A stretch of 64,000 nucleotides of DNA from an uncultured Alphaproteobacteria bacterium (GTDB taxonomy: Bacteria > Pseudomonadota > Alphaproteobacteria > Rhizobiales > Xanthobacteraceae): assembly GCA_963823135.1 (NCBI GenBank), contig CAWGKB010000003.1, positions 414,289 to 478,288 of the forward strand, written 5' to 3'. The notes below the pieces were generated by a model. It ran no database searches. It saw only the letters and a program-made list of their open reading frames with translations, and had not been told where the DNA came from. The position numbers and the translations under genes are program-made. This document shows, piece by piece, positions 9,550-18,606 of this stretch; within the stretch, counting starts at the first letter, position 1; the number at the start of each line of letters is the position of its first letter.

Positions 9550-12533
9550 GGCCCCTTCCCCAAAATCCGCACAAAGCTTTCGCGGACCTGGCGTTGTGTC
9601 TCCACGACGTGCGCCCCGAGCGCCGGGAAATCCGGCAAATCGGCCGCCCGCGCCAACAGCGCCAGCACGCCGGCGTTCGCCGATTTCGGATCGAAGGCGC
9701 CGGGCAGGCACAGCCGCAAAATCTGCGTGAGACCATGAAACAACGATACCGCCGGACGTAGCACTTCAGCGTCTTCGGCCTCGACCACATTGGCTTGCAC
9801 CGCTTTCTCCAGCATGCGCGCGGTCGAGGTGTCGAGGATTTCGGGCGACGTCGCCGCGTGGACCAGCTGCAGATATTGGGCGACGAATTCGATATCGACC
9901 AGCCCGCCGGCGGCGTATTTGAGCTCCCAGGGATCGGCATCGCCTTTTTCTTTGGCGATCGTCGCGCGCATCTCGATAACATCGGCGGCGATCGCCGGCG
10001 CTTCGCGCCGGCGGCAAAGCACATCGTGGATCGCCGCTTCGATCCGCGCGGCGAAGGCCGGCGGCGCCGAGACGACCCGCGCCCGGGTCAGCGCCATATG
10101 CTCCCAGGTCCAGGCTTCGCTCTGCTGGTAGCCGACGAAGCTGTCGATATGCGTGGCGAGCGGACCGGAGCGACCGGATGGGCGCAGCCGCATGTCGACT
10201 TCGTACAGCACGCCGTAATTGGTCCGCGCCGTGAGCGCGTTGATCAGGCGCTGCGTCAGCCGCGCGAAATACTGGCCGCCATATAAGGGCCGCGCGCCAT
10301 CGGAGTTCGGATGCTCGGCGTCGAAATCGTAGATGACGATGAGATCGAGATCGGAGCTCGCCGTCATCTCGTGCGCGCCGAGCCGGCCGAGCGCAAGAAT
10401 CGCGGTCTGCTGGCCGCGGATGCGGCCGTACACGCCGGCAAAATCAGCTTCCACGCGGGCGTGCACGGCGCGGATCAGCACGTCGGCCAGCGTCGCAAAC
10501 GCGTCGCCTCCCTGCTCCGCCGACAGTGAGCCGGAAAGAATGCGGGCGCCGATCAGGAACATATGCTCTTGGCCGAACAGGCGGACCGCGTCGAGTACGT
10601 CTTCGTAGCTGCGGGCCTCGCCGATCGCCCGCGCCAACTCCGCTTCTAGGCGCTTGGCGTCGGGTAGCGCGCCAAAAAATGTCGGATCGATCAGCGGATC
10701 GATAACATGGGGATGCTGGGCGAGAATATCCGCCAGCCGCGGCGCGGCGCCGAGAATAAGCGCGATAAAGCGAATAAGTTCGGGATTTTGTCGCAATAGC
10801 GGCAGCAGGCGGCTGCCGGGGCGCAAGCCGGCGAGGAACTGGTCAAACGAGGCAAAGGCGGCGTCGGGATTTTCCGCTCGTGCGAATTGATCGAAGATGG
10901 TCGGCACCAGCTCGATCAGGCTCTTGCGCACCTGCTCGCTTCGCAGCGCGCGATAGGTGCCGGTTTGCCAGCGCTGGACGGCGGCCGCGGCTTCACGTGG
11001 GTGGCGAAAGCCCATCTCCACCAGGCGATCGAGCGTTTCACCGGCGGTGTCACCCTCTCCGGCCGCGAACGACAAATTCTGCTGTTCTGCCAGCAACGTC
11101 GGCGCACTTTCGAAGAGTTTGATGTAATGCTTCTCGACGGCACGCAAATGCGTCAGCAAAGCCGCGGCGAAGCTGTCGCGGCTCTTGAAACCGAGGAAAC
11201 GGGCGAACGCGCCGAGCGCGTCGCGGTCGGCCGGTAGCGTGTGGGTCTGCTCGTCCGCCATCATCTGCAGGCGGTGCTCGACGCGGCGGAGAAAATCGTA
11301 AGCCGACGTCAATTCGTCGCGAGCGGCGGCATCGATCCAACCACCGGCGGCAAGCTCGGCAAGCGTCGCTACAGTGCTGCGACCGCGCAGCTGCGAGTGC
11401 CTGCCGCCGGCGATGAGCTGCTGCGTCTGGACGAAAAATTCGATCTCACGGATGCCGCCGCGCCCGAGCTTGATGTTGTGACCTTCCACCGCGATTTCGC
11501 CATGGCCGCGATAGGCGTGAATCTCCTGCTTCATAGCGTGAATGTCGGCGACCGCCGCGTAGTCGAGGTACTTGCGCCAGACGAACGGCGCGAGCTCGCG
11601 GATGAGCCGCTCGCCGGCGGCAAAGTCGCCGGCGCACGGCCGCGCCTTGATCAAAGCCGCGCGCTCCCAGTTCTGGCCGCGGCTCTCGTAATAATTGAGC
11701 GCGGCTTCCGTCGAGACGGCGATCTGTGTCGACGACGGGTCGGGACGAAGCCGTAGATCGACACGGAACACATACCCGTCAGCGGTGCGCTCCTGCAAAA
11801 GCTTCACCAGTTCGCGCGTCATGCGCACGTAGAACGGTGAAGCCTCGATATTGAGCGCGAGCGGCGAAACCGCCGGGTCGAAGAACACCATGAGATCGAT
11901 GTCGCTGGAAAAATTCAGCTCGTGGCCACCCATTTTTCCCATCGCCAGAACGATGTAGCCGGAGCCGGCCGCCGGATTTTGCGCACCAGTGAGAGCGAGC
12001 TTGCCGCGCACCCCGGCTTCGCCGAGCAGGTGACGGACGGCCGCGCCGAGGGCCATTTCGGCGACGTCGGTGAGCGCCGCGGTGACACGGGCGACCGGCC
12101 ACACCCCGCCGATGTCGGCGATTGCGATCAACAGCGCCGCTTCGGCCTTGGCGCGGCGAAGGATACGCATCAGCTCGGCCGTTCCCTTTGCCGCCGCGGC
12201 AGCATCGCGCGCCGTTACCAGCAGCGCGGTCAGCGCGGCATCCGCATCGCCGCTGATGAGGCGAAGGAACCGCGCCGGATCGGTACTTACGAGGTCCCAA
12301 AGGTAGGGCGAGGTCTCGGCGATGCCGCCGAGCAGGCTCGCCAGCCGGGCATGGTCCTCGACCAGCGATGCAATCGCCTTGCCGGCAACGGCGCGTCGGA
12401 TGCTCGACAGCCATTCGGCGACGCGGGCGCGGCCCTGCGGCGACGGCCGTGGCAACGCGCCTGCCAAGCGTCGGCCCAATGCGGTTTGGTGGAATATGTA
12501 GTTCGGCCGCTTGCCGGACGCGGGCCGCCGCAT
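9546..12533 (-). CDS. glnE: Bifunctional glutamine synthetase adenylyltransferase/adenylyl-removing enzyme
   Basis: About 995 aa with two nucleotidyltransferase halves (GKMGGHELNFSSDIDL and LGRLGAHEMTASSDLDL). The ATG at 12533 forms an ATGA overlap with the upstream kinase stop. The longer ORF extension to 12980 lies inside the kinase gene. Confidence 0.9.
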   Translation of the reverse strand: MRRPASGKRPNYIFHQTALGRRLAGALPRPSPQGRARVAEWLSSIRRAVAGKAIASLVEDHARLASLLGGIAETSPYLWDLVSTDPARFLRLISGDADAALTALLVTARDAAAAAKGTAELMRILRRAKAEAALLIAIADIGGVWPVARVTAALTDVAEMALGAAVRHLLGEAGVRGKLALTGAQNPAAGSGYIVLAMGKMGGHELNFSSDIDLMVFFDPAVSPLALNIEASPFYVRMTRELVKLLQERTADGYVFRVDLRLRPDPSSTQIAVSTEAALNYYESRGQNWERAALIKARPCAGDFAAGERLIRELAPFVWRKYLDYAAVADIHAMKQEIHAYRGHGEIAVEGHNIKLGRGGIREIEFFVQTQQLIAGGRHSQLRGRSTVATLAELAAGGWIDAAARDELTSAYDFLRRVEHRLQMMADEQTHTLPADRDALGAFARFLGFKSRDSFAAALLTHLRAVEKHYIKLFESAPTLLAEQQNLSFAAGEGDTAGETLDRLVEMGFRHPREAAAAVQRWQTGTYRALRSEQVRKSLIELVPTIFDQFARAENPDAAFASFDQFLAGLRPGSRLLPLLRQNPELIRFIALILGAAPRLADILAQHPHVIDPLIDPTFFGALPDAKRLEAELARAIGEARSYEDVLDAVRLFGQEHMFLIGARILSGSLSAEQGGDAFATLADVLIRAVHARVEADFAGVYGRIRGQQTAILALGRLGAHEMTASSDLDLIVIYDFDAEHPNSDGARPLYGGQYFARLTQRLINALTARTNYGVLYEVDMRLRPSGRSGPLATHIDSFVGYQQSEAWTWEHMALTRARVVSAPPAFAARIEAAIHDVLCRRREAPAIAADVIEMRATIAKEKGDADPWELKYAAGGLVDIEFVAQYLQLVHAATSPEILDTSTARMLEKAVQANVVEAEDAEVLRPAVSLFHGLTQILRLCLPGAFDPKSANAGVLALLARAADLPDFPALGAHVVETQRQVRESFVRILGKGP

Positions 12534-13942
12534 CACGCACCCACGGATCCGGCGCGCGGCAACGCCAATACGCTCCGCAGGCCCGGGTGATTGTCTTCCA
12601 GCTTCAGTTCGCCGCCATGCAGGCGCGCGACCGCCGACGCGAGGCTGAGCCCCAAGCCGGAACCCGGCAGCGAACGGCTGGCCTCGAGCCGCACAAAGCG
12701 CTCGACCACGCGGCCGCGATCGGCGTCGGGAATGCCGGGACCGCGATCGGCGACCGACAGCGCAATGCGATCGCCGTCGGCGCCGGCGCCGAGGACGATC
12801 TCGGCGGCCGCGCCATTGACTTTGGCTGCTTCCGGCCCCGCATATTTGATAGCGTTGTCGACGAGGTTCGCCAGCGCCTGGCTGACCAGCTCGCGATTGC
12901 CGCGCACCGGCGCCGTGAGCGGCGCTTCGACCTTGAGCGCCAGACCTTTCTGTTCGGCCAGCGGTTCGTACAATTCGCAAACGTCGCGGGCGATGTCGGC
13001 GGCGTCGAATTCAATCATGTTGTCGCGCGCCTGCCCGGATTCGGCGCGGGCGATCATCAACAGCGCGTCGAAGGTGCGGATCAATTCATCGGACTCGCTG
13101 ATCGTGGCTTCGAGCGCCGCGCGGTAATCGCCGTCGCTCTTGGCGCCGCGCAGCGCCTGTTCACAACGATTGCGCATGCGGGTCAGCGGTGTTTTCAGGT
13201 CGTGGGCGATGTTGTCGGACACTTCCTTGAGGCCACGCATCAGCGCTTCGATGCGCTCCAGCATGGCGTTGACATTGTTGGCGAGGCGATCGAGCTCGTC
13301 GCCGGTGCCGGCGATCGGCAGTCGCCCGGACAGATCGCCGGCCATGATGGTGTTCGCTGTGCCGGTCATGGCGTCGATCCGCTTGAGTACCCGGCTACTG
13401 ACAAAAAATCCGCCGGCGAGCCCAAGAACGACGACCAGCGCGAACGACCAGCGTCCGGCATTGGCGATGATGCTGTAGATCCTTTCGCGTTCTTCGAGAT
13501 CGCGGCCGATCAAAAGGCGAAAGCCGCCCGGCAGTTCGACAACCTGCACCAGGGCGCGATGCTCGACGTCATCGGTTGCCTCGATGCGGCGATAAGAGGT
13601 CTCGAGCCAGCCGGGATGATCGAGCACGCCGGGCTCGAGCGAGCCGACATTGCCGGCGAGCCCCTCGCCGTTCGGCGTGGTCACGAGATAAAGGCTGGAC
13701 CCCGGCCGCCGCGAGCGCACGTCGATGAACAGCACGAGCCCCCTGATGCCAGCCTCGTTATATTGGTCGCGCAGGCGGGTGACCTCGGCAGTGACGATGC
13801 GGGTGATCTGCTCGTTGATGAGCCGGCGCGTATTGAGCGCGAAGTAGCCCAGCAGCGTCGCCGCGAACAGCACAAAGATGAACAGATAAGCCAGCGTCAA
13901 CTGAAACGCCGTAGTGCGCAGAAGCTTGCCCAGCGCCGTCAC
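12533..13942 (-). CDS. HAMP-domain sensor histidine kinase (FeuQ/EnvZ-like)
   Basis: Two TM segments, a HAMP region, an H-box (SDNIAHDLKTPLTRM) and HATPase motifs (DRGPGIP, GSGLGLSL). Confidence 0.85.
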   Translation of the reverse strand: MTALGKLLRTTAFQLTLAYLFIFVLFAATLLGYFALNTRRLINEQITRIVTAEVTRLRDQYNEAGIRGLVLFIDVRSRRPGSSLYLVTTPNGEGLAGNVGSLEPGVLDHPGWLETSYRRIEATDDVEHRALVQVVELPGGFRLLIGRDLEERERIYSIIANAGRWSFALVVVLGLAGGFFVSSRVLKRIDAMTGTANTIMAGDLSGRLPIAGTGDELDRLANNVNAMLERIEALMRGLKEVSDNIAHDLKTPLTRMRNRCEQALRGAKSDGDYRAALEATISESDELIRTFDALLMIARAESGQARDNMIEFDAADIARDVCELYEPLAEQKGLALKVEAPLTAPVRGNRELVSQALANLVDNAIKYAGPEAAKVNGAAAEIVLGAGADGDRIALSVADRGPGIPDADRGRVVERFVRLEASRSLPGSGLGLSLASAVARLHGGELKLEDNHPGLRSVLALPRAGSVGA

Positions 13943-14216
13943 GGTTCAGACTCGTTCGTACTCAAAGCGCGGCGTATTCTCGGATAAATCATCCGCTCGG
14001 AACTCCGGCGTCGCTCTCTCGCCGACGCGCTGATCGGCTGTGAGACAACGAGCGGCGTTGGCTGGGGACATCGCGATCTCCCGCGCCCGGACGAAATAAG
14101 ATATCCTTGTTGACAAGACGTTATATTCATTCTTCCCGGTTCGCTTGATCCTTGCCAGAGTAGCGGTCCCGAGGCCAATGAAAAACTGGAAAGGTTGACC
14201 CCAGAAGGGCTGATCA

Positions 14217-15368
14217 ATGGGACCTCTGGCCGGCTTTCGCATCGTCGAGTTCGCGGGCATCGGGCCGGCGCCGATGGCGTCGATGCTGTTCGCCGATCTC
14301 GGCGCCGCGGTTATTCGTATCGACCGGCTGACGCCGAGCGGGCTTGGCGTCGAGACGCCGGTGCGGTTCGGCTTGCTGGCGCGTTCGCGTCCTTCGGTGG
14401 CGATCGACATGAAACATCCCGAAGGCGTGGCGCTGGCGCTCGATCTCATCAGCAAAGCCGATGCGCTGATCGAAGGATTTCGGCCCGGCACCATGGAGCG
14501 GCTCGGCCTTGGCCCGGACGTTGCGCTCAAGCGCAACGTGCGGCTGGTTTATGGCCGCATGACCGGCTGGGGACAGACCGGTCCCCTGGCCCAAGCCGCG
14601 GGGCATGACCTCAACTATCTGGCACTGACTGGCGCGCTCGCCGCCATAGGCCGCAAGGGATCGAAACCGACGCCGCCACTCAACCTGGCCGCCGACTTCG
14701 GCGGCGGCGCGCTCTATCTCGCGTTCGGCGTCGCTTGCGCGATGCTCGAAGCGCAGCGCTCGGGCAAGGGTCAGATCGTCGATGCGGCGATGACCGAAGG
14801 CGCCGCGTCATTGATGACCATGTTTTATGGCCTCTACGCCGCCGGCCAGCAGCGTCTCGAGCGCGGCACCAACCTCCTCGACAGTGGATCGGCGATCTAC
14901 GACACCTACGAATGCGCCGACGGCAAATTTATCTCGGTCGCCGCGATCGAGCTGAAGTTCCGCAAGGAACTGTTTGAGCTCCTTGGCATGCCCTACACCA
15001 CCGACGACGGGCCGGACGTCAAGGCCAAGCTCGAACAGGCTTTCAAGATGCGCAGCCGGGACGAGTGGTGCGCGCTTCTGGAAGGCAGCGACGCCTGCTT
15101 CGCGCCGGTTCTGACCATGGAGGAAGCGCCGCATCATCCGCACAATATTGCGCGCGGCACGTTCGTCGAAGTCGACGGCGTGATCCAGCCTGGGCCAGCG
15201 CCGCGCTTTAGCCGAACGCCGTCGGCCCAACCGACACCGCCCCAGGCACTCGGCGAAGGCACGCGTTCAGCGCTTGCCGCCTGGGGTATTCCAAGCGAGC
15301 GGATCGCGGCACTGTTTGCCGGCGGAGCCGTGGGCGAGCCTGCGGTACAAAAAGTGCCGGCGGAGTAA
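14217..15368 (+). CDS. Family III CoA-transferase (CaiB/BaiF; alpha-methylacyl-CoA racemase-like)
   Basis: N-terminal [35 protein letters not shown] and GHDLNYLAL are typical of family III CoA-transferases/racemases. Confidence 0.8.
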   Translation: MGPLAGFRIVEFAGIGPAPMASMLFADLGAAVIRIDRLTPSGLGVETPVRFGLLARSRPSVAIDMKHPEGVALALDLISKADALIEGFRPGTMERLGLGPDVALKRNVRLVYGRMTGWGQTGPLAQAAGHDLNYLALTGALAAIGRKGSKPTPPLNLAADFGGGALYLAFGVACAMLEAQRSGKGQIVDAAMTEGAASLMTMFYGLYAAGQQRLERGTNLLDSGSAIYDTYECADGKFISVAAIELKFRKELFELLGMPYTTDDGPDVKAKLEQAFKMRSRDEWCALLEGSDACFAPVLTMEEAPHHPHNIARGTFVEVDGVIQPGPAPRFSRTPSAQPTPPQALGEGTRSALAAWGIPSERIAALFAGGAVGEPAVQKVPAE

Positions 15369-15382
15369 CAGGGCAAGCAGCG

Positions 15383-16063
15383 TTACTTGCCGTCGTCGCG
15401 GATCATGTAGCCGGCGCCGCGCACCGTGTGCAGCAGCGGCTGGGCGAAGCCCTTGTCGATCTTGGAGCGGAGCCGCGAAATGTGCACGTCGATGACGTTG
15501 GTCTGCGGATCGAAGTGGTAGTCCCAGACGTTTTCCAACAGCATGGTGCGGGTGACGACCTGGCCGGCATGGCGCATCAGATATTCGAGCAAGCGAAATT
15601 CACGCGGCTGCAATTGCAGCTCCTGCCCGGCGCGACTGACTTGATGGGAGAGCCGATTGAGCTCGAGATCGGCGATGCGATAGACGGTCTCCTCGCCACG
15701 GCTGCCGCGGCGGCGCGCCAGCACCTCGGTGCGCGCCAACAGCTCCGAGAATGAATAGGGTTTGGCGAGATAATCATCGCCGCCGGAGCGCAGGCCCTTG
15801 ACCCGGTCGTCGACCTGCCCGAGCGCCGAGAGAATCAGCACCGGCGTTTCAACCGACTTGCTGCGCAAGCTGCCGATCACCGATAAGCCGTCGAGTTTCG
15901 GCAGCATGCGATCGACGATCAGCACGTCGTACTGGCCGTCGAGCGCCAGCGCCAAGCCTTCCTCGCCGTCGGTGGCGCGGTCGGCGACATGGCCGACCTC
16001 ACGAAACGCCTTCACCAGATAATCGGCGGCGTCGCGGTCGTCCTCGATGATGAGAAGGCGCAT
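15383..16063 (-). CDS. OmpR/PhoB-family response regulator (FeuP-like)
   Basis: Receiver domain (MRLLIIEDD...DVLIVDRMLPKLDG) plus a winged-helix C-terminus (VRGAGYMIR). The ATG at 16063 was chosen over the ORF extension to 16201. Confidence 0.9.
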   Translation of the reverse strand: MRLLIIEDDRDAADYLVKAFREVGHVADRATDGEEGLALALDGQYDVLIVDRMLPKLDGLSVIGSLRSKSVETPVLILSALGQVDDRVKGLRSGGDDYLAKPYSFSELLARTEVLARRRGSRGEETVYRIADLELNRLSHQVSRAGQELQLQPREFRLLEYLMRHAGQVVTRTMLLENVWDYHFDPQTNVIDVHISRLRSKIDKGFAQPLLHTVRGAGYMIRDDGK

Positions 16064-16205
16064 GGTCGATCGCTGCGCTTGGGGGGCAATCGGCAGACCC
16101 GACTGGGTGGTCTCGTGACCTATGATATCGTTTTGCACGGTACCTCCTAGAGAAACTGAGGGGTCGGCGAGCGTTGCCCGCCGCCCCTCGACCAACTCCA
16201 CCCCG

Positions 16206-16307
16206 GCGGGGGCGACGGATGCCGGGAGGTAGAGTTGGTATTTGGCGGGGACGGACCTTGCGGTCCGCCCCCAGGGTACGCCCGCCAGCGGGGGCGACGG
16301 ATGCCGG
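16206..16307. repeat. Two exact 20-bp direct repeats GCGGGGGCGACGGATGCCGG (16206-16225, 16288-16307)
   Basis: Seen directly in the degP-RR intergenic region. A hairpin GGGGACGGACCTTGCGGTCCGCCCC lies between the copies. Confidence 0.7.
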
Positions 16308-16350
16308 CGGATCGCCCCATTACCCTAGAGCCGCCTGAGCATGATCTGGT

Positions 16351-16375
16351 CCGAGAGCCGGTGGCCGGCTCTCGG
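16351..16375 (-). terminator. Stem-loop just downstream of degP (CCGAGAGCCGG-TGG-CCGGCTCTCGG)
   Basis: An 11-bp perfect stem 10 nt after the degP stop. There is no clear U-tract, and it sits within a degenerate GAGCATGATC-type REP. Confidence 0.4.
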
Positions 16376-16384
16376 CGATCGCGC

Positions 16385-17920
16385 TTAGGCGTTGCCGAGC
16401 GGCAGAGCAACGAAACGGGTGCCCTCGCCCGACTTCACTCGGAACAGCAGAGCGTGCTTGCCCTCCTTGCGGGCGTCGGCAAGCTGCTTGCGAACGTCCG
16501 CCGGGCTCGAGACCGTCTTGCCGCCGACGTCGAGAATGACGTCGCCGACTTGGAAGCCGTGATCGGCGGCAACGCCGCTCGGATCGACCGCAGTGACGAC
16601 CACGCCGCCATTGCCATCGTCTGAGCCCTTGCCGGGCGCCAGCGTCAGCCCGAGCTTGGGCATGTCGCTGTCAGGCGTGGCCTGCTGGTTGTCCTTGGTG
16701 TTCGACGCCGCCTTCTCGTTCGGCAGCGTGCCGAGCGTCAGCGTCACGGTCTTTTCCTGGCTCTGATGCACGACAGTGAGCTTGACCGACGTGCCCGGCG
16801 CCATGGTGCCGATCCGGCGGGCGAGCTCGCGCGCATCGTTGACCGCATTGCCGTCGACAGCGGTGATGACGTCGCCGCTTTCGATGCCTGCTTTGGCCGC
16901 GGGGCTGTTGGGCTGCGGCTCCGACACCAGCGCGCCGGCGGCCTTCTTCAGGCCGAGGCCTTCGGCGATGTCGGCGGTGACCGGCTGAATCTGCACGCCG
17001 ATCCAACCGCGGGTCACGCTGCCTTTCTCACGCAGCTGCGCGACGACGTTCTTCACCGTCTCGGCGGGAATGTCGAAAGCGATGCCGACCGAACCGCCGG
17101 AGGGCGAGAAGATCGCCGTGTTGACGCCGATGACGTTGCCGTCGACGTCGAAGGTCGGGCCGCCGGAATTGCCCTTGTTGACCGGCGCGTCGATCTGAAT
17201 GAAGTCGTCGTACGGGCCGGCGCCGATATCGCGGCCGCGGGCGGAGACGATGCCGGCGGTCACGGTTCCGCCGAGACCGAACGGATTACCGACCGCGAGC
17301 ACCCAATCGCCGATCCGCGGCGCGCTGTCAGCAAGCTTCACGTAGGGGAAGTCCTTGCCGTCGACCTTGATCAAGGCCAGGTCGGTGCGCGCATCGGTGC
17401 CGATAACCTTCGCGGTATAGGTCTTGCCGTCGTCGGCAGTAACCTGCACGTTCTCGGCATTTTGCACGACGTGATTGTTGGTCACGGCATAGCCGTCGGC
17501 GGTGATGAAGAAGCCGGAGCCCTGGCCGGTGACGACGTGATGGCCGCCGTTACCTTCGCCGCCATTCGGCGCGCCGAAGCGACGGAAGAACCGGTCCATC
17601 GGCGAGCCGGGTGGGAACGACGGCGTCTCGTCTTCGCTGAGCGACGGCATCGCCGGCCGGTCGATCTTGACGCGAACCGAGATCACCGCCGGTTTGACCT
17701 TGGCGACGATGTCGGCAAATCCGATGGGACGTTGCGGAAGCTTCTGCGCTTCCTGTGACAGGTTTTGCGCGTGCGCCGGGCCCGCAAGGAAGGTGGCGTC
17801 CGGCGTCAGATTGGGCGCCATGAAGAAAGCCGCAGCGCCAAGGCCGGCGATCGTTGTCGCCAGAAGCCCCAATCGCCGCACCGACAACACGCGGCGTGAG
17901 GGAGGAAGATTACCGTTCAT
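16385..17920 (-). CDS. degP: Periplasmic serine endoprotease DegP/HtrA (Do family) with two PDZ domains
   Basis: Catalytic motifs (TNNHVV, TDLALIK, GNSGGP), a signal/anchor (LGLLATTIAGLGAAAFF) and two PDZ-like segments. The ATG at 17920 was chosen over the ORF extension to 18277. Confidence 0.9.
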   Translation of the reverse strand: MNGNLPPSRRVLSVRRLGLLATTIAGLGAAAFFMAPNLTPDATFLAGPAHAQNLSQEAQKLPQRPIGFADIVAKVKPAVISVRVKIDRPAMPSLSEDETPSFPPGSPMDRFFRRFGAPNGGEGNGGHHVVTGQGSGFFITADGYAVTNNHVVQNAENVQVTADDGKTYTAKVIGTDARTDLALIKVDGKDFPYVKLADSAPRIGDWVLAVGNPFGLGGTVTAGIVSARGRDIGAGPYDDFIQIDAPVNKGNSGGPTFDVDGNVIGVNTAIFSPSGGSVGIAFDIPAETVKNVVAQLREKGSVTRGWIGVQIQPVTADIAEGLGLKKAAGALVSEPQPNSPAAKAGIESGDVITAVDGNAVNDARELARRIGTMAPGTSVKLTVVHQSQEKTVTLTLGTLPNEKAASNTKDNQQATPDSDMPKLGLTLAPGKGSDDGNGGVVVTAVDPSGVAADHGFQVGDVILDVGGKTVSSPADVRKQLADARKEGKHALLFRVKSGEGTRFVALPLGNA

Positions 17921-18111
17921 TACCGTCTCCAAATCGTTGGCCGTCTTGCGACGGAAGGCACCCCAGGCCCTGTATTTGCCGGCGAATGTGGAATACGCCG
18001 CCTTACCGCGCGCTGTCGGCGGGATTAAAACTTCGTAATGTTGCGAACGGAACTTTTGGCCGCGGCGACTAAGCGCGCCGTTATCGACGCCAAACGGCGT
18101 CATGGCAGCGG

Positions 18112-18606
18112 TCAGCCCTCGCGCATCAGCTCGGACAAACGGCTTTCTTCGGCAGCTGTGAGATTCGCCGGCGGCGGTGTTGGCACATTGCGGCGACGCC
18201 GGACGATAACAACGATAGTGACAATGCCGATCAGCAAAGCAGCCGGCGGCAAGCCCCATAAAGCTGCGGTATGCCAAGCGAGCGGCGGCCGCAGCAGCAA
18301 GAATTCGCCGTAGCGGGCGACCAGAAAATTCACCACCTGGGCATCGCTGTCGCCGGCCTTCAATCGCTCGCGCACCAAGACGCGCAAATCATGCGCCAGC
18401 GGCGCCTCGGAATCGTCGATCGATTGATTCTGGCAGACCATGCAGCGCAATTCCTTCGACAAATTGCGGGCGCGCGCTTCGAGCGCGGGATCTGTCAGCA
18501 TCTCCTTCGACTCGACGGCGAGCAGCGGCAAGGCGTTGAGCAGGAGCAAACCGAGGCCTACCAATGCCGTAAGGATCGCGTGGCGACAGACTTTCACGAC
18601 CATCAC
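18112..18606 (-). CDS. ccmH: Cytochrome c-type biogenesis protein CcmH (CycL)
   Basis: LRCMVCQNQSIDDSEAPLA motif (LRCxxCQ). The ATG at 18603 forms an ATGA overlap with the ccmF stop. Confidence 0.9.
   Translation of the reverse strand: MMVVKVCRHAILTALVGLGLLLLNALPLLAVESKEMLTDPALEARARNLSKELRCMVCQNQSIDDSEAPLAHDLRVLVRERLKAGDSDAQVVNFLVARYGEFLLLRPPLAWHTAALWGLPPAALLIGIVTIVVIVRRRRNVPTPPPANLTAAEESRLSELMREG

Noticed and set aside
12534-12980. N-terminal 149-aa extension of the glnE ORF.
   Set aside because: It lies entirely inside the kinase gene in another frame and is Arg-rich nonsense. The ATG at 12533, which gives an ATGA overlap with the kinase stop, yields a normal-length GlnE.
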